From contig JBBRFL010000003.1 of the NCBI GenBank assembly GCA_038224325.1, positions 78,140-142,139 on the forward strand: 64,000 bases of DNA, in the 5' to 3' direction. A program made the translations under genes and the position numbers. Each line of letters begins with the position of its first letter. The first letter of the stretch is position 1. The stretch is from Thermoanaerobaculia bacterium. Its GTDB lineage: Bacteria; Acidobacteriota; Thermoanaerobaculia; UBA5066; Gp7-AA6. The notes beneath the pieces were generated by a model that saw nothing but the letters and a program-made list of their open reading frames with translations, made no database searches and was not told where the DNA came from. Positions 19,128-27,464 of this stretch are shown in pieces.

Positions 19128-20825
19128 ATGAGGCGCGGATTCCCGGGGGCGGTTCTGATCCTGGTGTGCGTCGCAGCCTCGTGCCGGCCCCGCGAGGCGC
19201 CCGCGCCGGGGCGCCTCCGCACCACGCCCACTCGGGGACCGCTCCCGGCGGCGATCGGGTTCCTGGACGAGTCCGGAAACGCGCCGACGGACGGCGGCCT
19301 GCTGAGACTTCGCCTCTTCGGGGAGCCCACGACGTTGAACGCCGTGCTCCAGTCCAGCACCCCCGAGGCGCAGGTGCTCCAGTACGTTCAGCGCAACCTC
19401 CTCGACTTCGACGCCCGCATGCGGCTTACCCCGGGGCTGGCGGAGCGGTGCGACGTCTCGGCCGACGGCCGGGACTACACGCTGACGATCCGGTCGGACG
19501 CGGTCTGGGAGGACGGCCGGCCCGTCACCGCCGGCGATGCCGTGTTCACGATCGGGAAGATCGTGGACCCGAAGGTCCCGTCCAACGTTTTCAAGCCGCT
19601 CTTCGAGGACATGGCGTCCTTCGAGGTCCTCGACGCGCGCCGATTTCGCGTGCGGTTCCGCACGCCGTACGCGTTCCGCCAGATGGCGTTCGTGTTTCCT
19701 CCGTTGCCCGAGCATCGATTCGCGCGTCAGGACTTCCTCAAGTCCCGCGAGAACCGCGCGCCCCTGGCCGACGGGCCGTACCGGGTGGTGTCCTGGAAGG
19801 CGCAGCAGGCGATCGCGCTCGAGCGCAACCCCAGATACCCGGGCCCGCGGGGCCACTTCGATCGGATCCTGTTTCGCATCGTCCCGGACGACACCGCCGC
19901 GTACCGGATCCTCACCGCCGGCGAGCTCGACGAGGACCAGCTCAACCCGGGCCTGAGGGTCCGCGCGGCGGGGGACGAATCCTTCCGATCGTGCTGCCGA
20001 ATGGTCGAGTTCTACAACCTGGACTATTCCTACATCTCCCTCGACAATCGCTCCCCGTTCTTCTCCGACGCGCGGGTGCGCCGCGCGATGACCATGCTGC
20101 TCGATCGCGCCTCGATCGTGCGAAGCCTCTACCAGGGGTCGGCCCGCATCATCTCGGGTCCGTGGGCGCCGGACTCGCCGGCCTACGACCCCGGCCTCGT
20201 GGCGCTGCCGTTCGACCCAGCCGGAGCGGCCCGGCTCCTCGACGAGGCCGGCTGGCGCGACACCAATGGGAACGGCACGCGCGATAAGGCGGGCCGGGAG
20301 TTTGAGTTCGACCTGCTTACCCCCGAGAGCTCGGAGGTCGGGCGTCAGATCGACGAGATGCTGTCGTCCGAGCTGTCCCGCGTCGGAATCGTCGCGCACG
20401 TGCGCACGATCGAGTGGGCGGCCTTCGTCGAGCGGGTGGACGCCGGGGACTTCACCGCGGCCTCCCTCGCGTGGTCCGCGGTGGACCCGAATCCGGATCC
20501 GTACTTCTACTGGCACTCCTCTCAGTGCGCTCCGAAGGGCCTGAACGACGGCTGCTACCGGAATCCGGACGCCGACCGCCTGATGGAGGAGGCGAGGCGG
20601 GAGCTCGACGAGAAGCGCCGGACCGAGCTCTTCCACCGTCTCCACCGGATTTTCCGCGACGACGCTCCAGCGATCTTCGTAGTCAACGCGTCGCAGAAGT
20701 ACGCCTTCCGCCGGGGCATCGACGGCCTGACGGCGTCGCCGCTGGGCCTTTTCGGAACCTGGCCGGGACCCCTCGGATGGTTCGAGCGCCGCGTCGGCGA
20801 GCCGACGGCGAGGCCTCCCGCGTGA
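19128..20825 (+). CDS. ABC transporter substrate-binding protein, family 5 (peptide/nickel, DppA/OppA-like), lipoprotein
   Basis: A lipobox signal is present (VLILVCVAASC). The fold is the SBP_bac_5 type (…RLTPGLAERCDVSADGRDYTLTIRSDAVWEDGRPVTAGD…). It is followed by two permease genes. Confidence 0.85.
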   Translation: MRRGFPGAVLILVCVAASCRPREAPAPGRLRTTPTRGPLPAAIGFLDESGNAPTDGGLLRLRLFGEPTTLNAVLQSSTPEAQVLQYVQRNLLDFDARMRLTPGLAERCDVSADGRDYTLTIRSDAVWEDGRPVTAGDAVFTIGKIVDPKVPSNVFKPLFEDMASFEVLDARRFRVRFRTPYAFRQMAFVFPPLPEHRFARQDFLKSRENRAPLADGPYRVVSWKAQQAIALERNPRYPGPRGHFDRILFRIVPDDTAAYRILTAGELDEDQLNPGLRVRAAGDESFRSCCRMVEFYNLDYSYISLDNRSPFFSDARVRRAMTMLLDRASIVRSLYQGSARIISGPWAPDSPAYDPGLVALPFDPAGAARLLDEAGWRDTNGNGTRDKAGREFEFDLLTPESSEVGRQIDEMLSSELSRVGIVAHVRTIEWAAFVERVDAGDFTAASLAWSAVDPNPDPYFYWHSSQCAPKGLNDGCYRNPDADRLMEEARRELDEKRRTELFHRLHRIFRDDAPAIFVVNASQKYAFRRGIDGLTASPLGLFGTWPGPLGWFERRVGEPTARPPA

Positions 20826-21793
20826 GCCGCTACGTCCTGCGGCGCCTGCTGCTGGCGATTCCGACGCTCCTGGGGATCACGATCGTCGTGTTTGCGCTCG
20901 TGCATCTCGCTCCCGGGAGCCCGGGGGCCGGCGCGTCGTCGCTGCGGCGTCCGACCGGTCGGGGCGCGGAGGAGATGCGCCGGATCTACGGCCTCGACCG
21001 TCCGCTCCCGGAGCGTTTCGCGAAGTGGGTCTCCCGGGTCGCGCGGTTCGATCTCGGCGAGTCGTTCGTGGACCACCGTCCCGTCTCGGAGCGCATCCGC
21101 GAGGCGCTGCCGAACACGCTGCTCCTGAACGGTCTGGCCCTGCTGCTGGCGCTTGGGATCGCGATCCCGCTGGGAGTCGTCGCGGGTGGCAATCCCGAGA
21201 GCGCGTTCGATCGGCTCTCGGGGGCGGCGCTCTTTGCGATGTACTCGATGCCGACGTTCTGGGCGGCCCTGCTGCTCCAGACCCTCCTGGCCGTTCAGCT
21301 GCGGTGGCTGCCTCTGTATGGGATCGCCTCGGACTCGCCTCCTCGCGGGCTGGCCGGGGTCGCGGACCGGCTCGCGCACCTGGCCCTTCCCGTGATCTGC
21401 TTGACGTACGGCACGCTCGCGTTCGTGGCCCGCCTCGTCCGTTCCGGAGTCGCGGAGGCGCGCGACAGCGACTACGTCCTCTCGGCGCGGGCGCGCGGAG
21501 CCTCCCGGAGCCAGGCTCTGTGGAGGCACGCGTTCCGCAACGCCGTCCTGCCGCTGATCACGCTGCTCGGGCTCATGGTGCCCGCGCTCCTCTCCGGGAG
21601 CGTGGTCGTCGAGCGCATCTTCGTCTGGCCGGGACTCGGGCAGCTCTACTTCGACTCGATTCTCGCCCGGGACTATCCCGTGATCCTCGCGCTGTCGCTC
21701 CTCTCGGCCGTCGTGACGCTGATCGCGACGCTGGCCTCCGACCTGGCGGCCGCTTTCGCGGACCCGCGCGTGCGGGACGGAGCGATCTCCTGA
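20822..21793 (+). CDS. ABC transporter permease (DppB/OppB-like)
   Basis: The GTG start overlaps the upstream stop. The N-terminus VLRRLLLAIPTLLGITIVVF matches DppB/OppB, and an EAA-like loop is present (SARARGASRSQALWRHAFRNA). Confidence 0.85.
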   Translation: MSRYVLRRLLLAIPTLLGITIVVFALVHLAPGSPGAGASSLRRPTGRGAEEMRRIYGLDRPLPERFAKWVSRVARFDLGESFVDHRPVSERIREALPNTLLLNGLALLLALGIAIPLGVVAGGNPESAFDRLSGAALFAMYSMPTFWAALLLQTLLAVQLRWLPLYGIASDSPPRGLAGVADRLAHLALPVICLTYGTLAFVARLVRSGVAEARDSDYVLSARARGASRSQALWRHAFRNAVLPLITLLGLMVPALLSGSVVVERIFVWPGLGQLYFDSILARDYPVILALSLLSAVVTLIATLASDLAAAFADPRVRDGAIS

Positions 21794-21843
21794 GAGCGGG
21801 CTCCGGCGCCTTCGGATTCGCGAGGCTGCCGGGAAGCGGGCGG

Positions 21844-22629
21844 GTGGCCCTGGGGGTCGTGATCCTCCTGTGGCTGGTCGCGGCCGCTTCGCCGCTCTTC
21901 GCCGCCCGGTCGCGCGAGATCCGGCTGGATGAACGCCTGCAGGCGCCCTCCGCCGTGCACCCCTTCGGAACGGACGATCTCGGCCGGGACCTCCTCGCGC
22001 GGGTCGTCGCCGCGACGCCGATCTCGCTCGCCATCGGGATCGTCTCGGCGGCGGTCTCGCTGATCGTCGGGTTCGCCGTGGGAGCGACCGCCGGCTGGTT
22101 CGGGGGGGTGATCGACCTGTTGCTGTCGCGGGTGATCGAGGTCATCCTCTGCTTCCCGGTGCTCTTTCTGCTCCTCGCGCTGGCGGCGTTTCTGCCGCCG
22201 TCGCCCTGGACCGTCATCGCGGCCATCGGCCTGACCACGTGGCCGGGCGACGCGCGCTACGCCCGGGCGGAGGTCCTGAAAATCCGCGAGCTCGGCTACG
22301 CGCACGCGGCGCGGACGATGGGCGCCTCGACGCCCCGGATCCTGATCCGGCACCTGCTTCCGAACACGGTCGCCCCGCTGATCGTCTCGGCGGCCTTCGG
22401 GGTGGGATGGGCGATCCTCGCCGAAGCGTCGCTCTCTTTCCTGGGCGTGGGCCTGCCCGGGCCCGCCACGTCCTGGGGAGGCATCCTGTCCGCGGCGCCC
22501 AACTACATCGACGAGGCCTGGTGGATCGCCCTCTTCCCGGGCCTGGCGCTGTTCCTGACGATCTCCGCCTATAATTTGCTGGCCGAAGGGCTCCGCAGGG
22601 CCGCCAGCGAAGGGGGAGGACACGCATGA
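21844..22629 (+). CDS. ABC transporter permease (DppC/OppC-like); start uncertain
   Basis: The protein has the DppC-type N-terminus and binding-protein-dependent permease motifs (ARTMGASTPRILIRHLLPN). The first canonical in-frame start is GTG 21844. The true start may lie upstream, between 21790 and 21843, at a non-canonical codon. Confidence 0.8.
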   Translation: MALGVVILLWLVAAASPLFAARSREIRLDERLQAPSAVHPFGTDDLGRDLLARVVAATPISLAIGIVSAAVSLIVGFAVGATAGWFGGVIDLLLSRVIEVILCFPVLFLLLALAAFLPPSPWTVIAAIGLTTWPGDARYARAEVLKIRELGYAHAARTMGASTPRILIRHLLPNTVAPLIVSAAFGVGWAILAEASLSFLGVGLPGPATSWGGILSAAPNYIDEAWWIALFPGLALFLTISAYNLLAEGLRRAASEGGGHA

Positions 22630-23105
22630 CGGAGCGCATCGCCGTCTATCCCGGTTCCTTCGATCCCCTGACCAACGGACATCTCGACATCCTGGCTCGG
22701 GGCCGCCGGCTGGCGGACCAGGTGATCGTCGCGATCCTCGACCACGACCAGAAGACCCCGCTCTTCACGGTCGAGGAGCGCATCGGGATGATCCGGGAGA
22801 TCGTCGGAGGCGACGCGTCGATCTCGGTCAGCGCGTTCACCGGGCTCCTCGTGGACTTCGCCAAGAGCTCGGGGGCGACGATCATCGTCCGGGGACTGCG
22901 GGCCGTCTCCGACTACGAGTACGAGCTCCAGATGGCGCTGATGAACCGGCGGCTGGCGCCCGCGGTCGAGACGGTTTTCCTCATGGCGAAGGAGGAGTAC
23001 TCCTACGTCTCCAGCCGGTTGGTGAAGGAGCTCGCGCGGCTGGGCGGCGACGTGACGGGCCTCGTTCCCAATCTCGTGCGCCAGCGCCTGGCCGACCGGT
23101 TCTGA
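22626..23105 (+). CDS. coaD: phosphopantetheine adenylyltransferase
   Basis: The ATG overlaps the permease stop in an ATGA junction. The motif AVYPGSFDPLTNGHLDI is a (H/T)xGH variant of the nucleotidyltransferase signature. The protein is 159 aa. Confidence 0.9.
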   Translation: MTERIAVYPGSFDPLTNGHLDILARGRRLADQVIVAILDHDQKTPLFTVEERIGMIREIVGGDASISVSAFTGLLVDFAKSSGATIIVRGLRAVSDYEYELQMALMNRRLAPAVETVFLMAKEEYSYVSSRLVKELARLGGDVTGLVPNLVRQRLADRF

Positions 23106-23116
23106 CGGGCCGGAGG

Positions 23117-23542
23117 GTGCGACTCGGCATGCGAACCGTGCGGACCGACCTCCGCGTCCGATACTCCGAGACGGACCAGATGGGCATCGTGTACCACGCC
23201 CACTACCTCGTGTGGTTCGAGATCGGTCGGACGGAGTGGTGCCGCGCCGCGGGAATGCCCTACGCGGGAATGGAGCGCTCCGGCCTCTTCATCCCCGTCA
23301 CCCGCGTCGAATGCGCATTTCGACGCCGGTCGAGCTACGACGATCCCATCCAGGTGTGGACCCGGATGGAGCAGCTCGCGGCCCGGGGCTGCGCCTTCGC
23401 ATACGAAATCCGCGGGACGCAGGGCGAGCTCCTGGCCGACGGCTCGACGCGCCACGTCTTCACCGACGCCGCCGGTCGACCGTCCCGGGGATCGCCCGAG
23501 GTCGTGCGCGCCCTGGAGGAGTTTCGGCTGTCCGACCCCTGA
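23117..23542 (+). CDS. acyl-CoA thioesterase, hotdog fold (YbgC/4HBT-like)
   Basis: The motif VRYSETDQMGIVYHAHYLVWFEIGRTEW is typical of the 4HBT/YbgC family. The protein is about 140 aa. Confidence 0.7.
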   Translation: MRLGMRTVRTDLRVRYSETDQMGIVYHAHYLVWFEIGRTEWCRAAGMPYAGMERSGLFIPVTRVECAFRRRSSYDDPIQVWTRMEQLAARGCAFAYEIRGTQGELLADGSTRHVFTDAAGRPSRGSPEVVRALEEFRLSDP

Positions 23543-23602
23543 ACGGCGGAGACTGCAACTCCGGACCGCAAGTCCGTGTTTCGAGGTCGTGAAGGAGACC
23601 CC

Positions 23603-23911
23603 ATGATCGCTCGGCTCTGGCACGGCCCGGTATCGGAGGGACGGGGGGACGAATACATGCGGTACCTGGAGAAGACCGGAATTCCGGACTCGCGCGCGAC
23701 ACCCGGAAATCGGGGCGTGTACGTGTTCCGCCGGACGGAGGCCGGCGCGGACCACTTCCTGTTCGTGTCGCTCTGGGAATCCCGAGAGGCGATTCGCGCC
23801 TTCGCCGGCGACGACCTCGAAAAGGCGCGCTACTACCCGGAGGACGCGGCGTTTCTCCTGGAGCTCGAGCCGACCGTGACCCACCACGAAGTGGCGGCGC
23901 GCGAGATCTAG
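23603..23911 (+). CDS. small alpha+beta barrel protein (ABM/Dabb-like), hypothetical
   Basis: The protein is 102 aa (MIARLWHG…FLFVSLWESREAIRAFAGDD). It has a ferredoxin-like ABM look. The function is unknown. Confidence 0.45.
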   Translation: MIARLWHGPVSEGRGDEYMRYLEKTGIPDSRATPGNRGVYVFRRTEAGADHFLFVSLWESREAIRAFAGDDLEKARYYPEDAAFLLELEPTVTHHEVAAREI

Positions 23912-24630
23912 TCTCCGCGCCGGCGCAGGGGGGCCAGGCCGTAACGGGCGATCGTCCCGAGGATTTTGGCGCCGGCCCGAAGCGTTCCGTTCAGAGTCCC
24001 CGTGATCTTCGACACGCCGATCCGCCGCCGGTAGGAAACGGGGACCTCGGCGATCCGGAGGCCCTTTCGGACCGCCTTGACCTGCATCTCGCAGGTCCAT
24101 CCAAAGCTCGTGTCCCTCATGCCGAGGCGTTCGTACGCATCCCAGCGGATCGCGCGGAATGGGCCCAGGTCGGTGTAGCGCTGCCCGAGGAGCCATCGGA
24201 TCAGGAGGCAGGCGAGCGCGTTCCCGAAGCGCGCCTGCGGGAGCAGGGCGCCCGGCTCCGACTCTCCGAGCGCTCGCGAGCCGATCACGAGCTCCGCGCC
24301 CGCGGAGACGGCGGCGATCAGAGCGGGCATCTCCTCGGGGTGATCGGAGAAGTCTCCATCGAGGAACACGAGGATCTCGGGCGGACGGTTCGCGAGCGCG
24401 GCGACCCCGGCGAGGCACGCGCTCCCGTACCCGCGGCGCGGCTCGCGGACCAGGCGCACGGGCAGCCCGCGGGCGATCGAGTCCGTGCCGTCGGTCGAGC
24501 CGTTGTCCACGACCACGATCTCCTCGACGAGGCCCGCCGGGATCGCGCCGACGACCAGGGGCAGCGAGTCCCTCTCGTTGAACACCGGGATGACGACTGC
24601 CACGCGCGGTCGGGGCGCGGGAGAGGTCAC
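23908..24630 (-). CDS. family 2 glycosyltransferase (polyprenyl-phosphate sugar transferase, GtrB/DPM1-like)
   Basis: The GTG start overlaps the eamA stop in a GTGA junction. The GT-A fold is recognisable (VAVVIPVFNERDSL…EIVVVDNGSTDGTD…DGDFSDHPEE). Confidence 0.8.
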   Translation of the reverse strand: MTSPAPRPRVAVVIPVFNERDSLPLVVGAIPAGLVEEIVVVDNGSTDGTDSIARGLPVRLVREPRRGYGSACLAGVAALANRPPEILVFLDGDFSDHPEEMPALIAAVSAGAELVIGSRALGESEPGALLPQARFGNALACLLIRWLLGQRYTDLGPFRAIRWDAYERLGMRDTSFGWTCEMQVKAVRKGLRIAEVPVSYRRRIGVSKITGTLNGTLRAGAKILGTIARYGLAPLRRRGD

Positions 24631-25541
24631 GAGACCAGCCGCGCCCGGATCCGCCCGCCGAGCATCGCGGCAGCGAGGCCCGCGAAGATCAGGAGCGAGG
24701 CACCGACGACCCGCAAGGTCAGGACCTCGCCGAGGACGAGGATCGCGAGGATCGTCGACATCAATGGCTGGAGGAACACGTAGAACGCCACGCGGGACGC
24801 GTCGGTTCGGGCGAGCGCCCACGAGTTCAGGAGGTACGGCAGGACGGTGCAGAGCACCACCACCCCGAGGAGGCTCGCCCACGCGGAGGGCGGGATGCGG
24901 CGGGGCTCCAGCCGGCGGAGGCCCGGGAGCGCGACCACACAGATCAGGACGGCGCCGTAGCGAAAGACGGCCGCCGTGAAGGTCGCGACCCGGTAGCGTG
25001 CCAGGAGGGTCCGCGAGAGGACCAGGTACAGGGAGTAGGACGTGCAATTGGCGAGCAGCAAAAGGTCCCCGCTCAGGGACGGGCTGCCCCAAGGCATGCG
25101 CTGCGCGTTCAGGAGCACGAGCGCGCCGGCCGCCGCGAGGGCGATGCCGGAGATCGCCGGGATCGTCAACCGCTCCCGCTTGAGCGCCACGGCCGCCGCC
25201 ACCGTGAAGACGGGGATCGTCGCGGTCAGGATCGTCGTGTGGATCGCGGATGTGAGCGAGAGGCCCATGATGAAGAGGATCTGATTGAACGAGACCCCGA
25301 GGAGCCCGTAGAGGACGAGCCCGGGCACGTCGGCCCGCCGGATCGCCTCGCGAGCCGGAATGCGGCGGGCGACCTCCAGAACGGCGGCGGCCGCGGCCAC
25401 GCGAAGCGCGGCGAACGGGAGCGGCGGGACCCACGCCAGCACGATCTTGCCCAGGATGGGGAAGAGAGCGAATCCGACCTGCGCGCCGGCCAGTGCGGCG
25501 TGGATCTCCCACGGGCGGCCCGCAGGCGGGCGGCCGCTCAC
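24627..25541 (-). CDS. EamA/DMT-superfamily transporter
   Basis: About ten TM helices are predicted and two EamA repeats are present. The start codon is uncertain; the ORF's first codon lies inside an intergenic tandem repeat. Confidence 0.75.
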   Translation of the reverse strand: MSGRPPAGRPWEIHAALAGAQVGFALFPILGKIVLAWVPPLPFAALRVAAAAAVLEVARRIPAREAIRRADVPGLVLYGLLGVSFNQILFIMGLSLTSAIHTTILTATIPVFTVAAAVALKRERLTIPAISGIALAAAGALVLLNAQRMPWGSPSLSGDLLLLANCTSYSLYLVLSRTLLARYRVATFTAAVFRYGAVLICVVALPGLRRLEPRRIPPSAWASLLGVVVLCTVLPYLLNSWALARTDASRVAFYVFLQPLMSTILAILVLGEVLTLRVVGASLLIFAGLAAAMLGGRIRARLVS

Positions 25542-25604
25542 GCGAAGGCCAGCCCGAGTGCGCTCACGCGAAGGCCAGAGCGGGTGCGCTCACGCGAAGG
25601 GAAG
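25536..25604. repeat. intergenic imperfect tandem repeat, ~26-bp unit x ~2.6
   Basis: The unit GCTCACGCGAAGGCCAG + 9 nt occurs three times (25536, 25562, 25588) in the spacer between ygfZ and eamA. Confidence 0.7.
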
Positions 25605-26522
25605 TCGAGACACGATCGCCACGCTTTCCGGACGATCGGGGTCGCGCATGGCGGCGCCCTCGGCAACCTCTCGAAACGCCAGCCCCAGGCCGATGGCACC
25701 GAAGCGCGGCGAGTCCACCGCGCTCGTGACCCGGGCGAGCTCGTGATCCGGCTTCGCGGGATCGGGAAAAACCGCTCCCTCGGGCGCCGGCTCACCGTGG
25801 AACCGGAACCCCACGAGGCGGCGATTGATCCGCCCGTACGTTCGGACCCGCGCCACGATCTCCTGGCCCACGTAGCAGCCCTTGGTGTAGGAGATCGCGT
25901 CGGAAAGCCCGACTTCCTGCGGGAGGTTCGTGGCGTCGGCGTCGCGGCCGAGGAGCGGGCGCCCGGCCTCGATCCGAAGGACCTCGGCGGTCCCGGGCGA
26001 AACCGTGATCGATCCCGCCCGATCGAGAATCGCAGCCGCGTCGGCGAGGAGCCCGGCAGGAATGAGAAGGCCGCCCGCGAACTCGCCCTCCGCCGGGAGG
26101 CGCACGGCCTCTACCGGAAGCTCGAGGCCCGCGGCGCCGGGGCCGTAGAGGCCGATCTCGGCGTGAGCGTCCGTGACGTCGCGAACCGCGACCTTCTGGA
26201 AGACCGAGTACTTCGTCAGGTGCGCCGCCACGGCCGGGACCGCGGGCGCGGGAAGAAGCAGGAGCAGGCGCTCGGCCTCCGCCACGACGCGCCCGAAGTA
26301 GATCAGCTTTCCCTTCGGGGTCAGCCCCGCGACGGGAAGAACCCGCCCCGGCGCGAGGGACTTCACGTCCTGGGTGACCTGCCCCTGCAGGAAGTCGATC
26401 CGGTCGGGCCCCTCAATCGCGAGGACGCCGGTCGCGCGGCGAAGGTGGGCGAGGGAGGTGAGCGCCGCGTCGTAGTCGCGTGGACCGCGGATCCTTTCCG
26501 TTGGGGGGCGCGAGATTATCAC
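25590..26522 (-). CDS. ygfZ: folate-binding Fe-S cluster repair/tRNA-modification protein YgfZ (GcvT-like)
   Basis: GcvT-like motifs are present (LAHLRRATGVLAIEGPDRIDFLQGQVTQDV … SYTKGCYVGQEIVARVRTYGRINRRL). A GTG start at 26522 gives a 310-aa protein; the alternative ATG at 26642 would add an N-terminal low-complexity extension. Confidence 0.7.
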   Translation of the reverse strand: MIISRPPTERIRGPRDYDAALTSLAHLRRATGVLAIEGPDRIDFLQGQVTQDVKSLAPGRVLPVAGLTPKGKLIYFGRVVAEAERLLLLLPAPAVPAVAAHLTKYSVFQKVAVRDVTDAHAEIGLYGPGAAGLELPVEAVRLPAEGEFAGGLLIPAGLLADAAAILDRAGSITVSPGTAEVLRIEAGRPLLGRDADATNLPQEVGLSDAISYTKGCYVGQEIVARVRTYGRINRRLVGFRFHGEPAPEGAVFPDPAKPDHELARVTSAVDSPRFGAIGLGLAFREVAEGAAMRDPDRPESVAIVSRLPFA

Positions 26523-26702
26523 CGGCGGAGCGGGCGGGCTATTTCGGGACGATCTCGGCCCGGACGCGGACCCTGAGGAAGTCCGCAATGTCGATGGTCC
26601 GCATGCGCGTGTCACCTCTCGTAGAGGCGGCCAGCGTATCATTGCGCCGTGGAATCCGCCCCTCCCGAAGACCGCCCCGAGCTCCACGTGATCGACATCT
26701 TC

Positions 26703-26927
26703 ATGATGTCGGTCAAGTGCGGGAACTGCGATGCGTACCAGACGATCGTGAAGTTCCAGAAAGGGCCCGAGAAAAACGTGTACACCTACGAGTGCGAAAA
26801 TGAGATCTGCGACCCGAACGTCACGAGGACCTTGATCGAGATCCCGCGGCACCTGGACAACTCCACCCGCCGGGCCGAGGAGCTCCCTTACTACGAGCGG
26901 GAGGAGTCCCCCGAGCCGACGGGCTGA
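26703..26927 (+). CDS. small zinc-ribbon protein (CxxC…CxxxxC), hypothetical
   Basis: The protein is 74 aa (MMSVKCGNCDAYQTIVKFQKGPEKNVYTYECENEICD…). GC content is locally reduced. There is no overlap with the revised ygfZ start. Confidence 0.5.
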   Translation: MMSVKCGNCDAYQTIVKFQKGPEKNVYTYECENEICDPNVTRTLIEIPRHLDNSTRRAEELPYYEREESPEPTG

Positions 26928-26984
26928 CCCTCCTCGCGGGCCGGCGTCCCGCCCCCGGGGAAGATGCCTTAGAATGGATGGCTC

Positions 26985-27464
26985 GTGAGTCTTCAAACGG
27001 CCCGCCCGGAAGGCCTGGGCGTCTCGCCCGATCTCCGGCAGCGCCTGCGGAAACGCCTCGCCGATTCGCCCGCCCTGCGCTGGCTCTCCCCGAGCATGGA
27101 GGAGCTGGAGCTGGACCGCTGCGTCCTGCGCCTGCCTTACCGTGAGGAGATCACCAATGGGTCGGGCACCGTGCACGGCGGTGTCCTGGCGACGCTGGCG
27201 GACTCGGCGGTGGCCTTCGCGCTGGCCACGAACTTCGACGGCAAAATGGGATTTGCGACCACGGATCTGACGATCCACTTCCTGCACCGCGCCCGGGGCG
27301 TGGTGTGGGCTCGAGCCCGAATCTTGAAGAAAGGATCGCGCGTCAACGTCGGAGAGGTGGAGATCGTCGATGAGGCCGGCCGGGAAGTCGCCCGGGTCCT
27401 CGCGACGTTCGTCCTGACGACCTCATCCTTCGACTACGCGCCAGAAAGGACATCTACTCCATGA
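26985..27464 (+). CDS. PaaI-family hotdog thioesterase
   Basis: PaaI/4HBT class II-like motifs are present (TVHGGVLATLADSAVAFALAT…TTDLTIHFLH…). Confidence 0.7.
   Translation: MSLQTARPEGLGVSPDLRQRLRKRLADSPALRWLSPSMEELELDRCVLRLPYREEITNGSGTVHGGVLATLADSAVAFALATNFDGKMGFATTDLTIHFLHRARGVVWARARILKKGSRVNVGEVEIVDEAGREVARVLATFVLTTSSFDYAPERTSTP

Noticed and set aside
26480-26803. 107-aa plus-strand ORF overlapping the ygfZ start region
   Set aside because: It is an Arg-rich ORF antisense to the ygfZ 5' end. The adjacent 26703-26927 zinc-ribbon ORF in a different frame has far better coding character.
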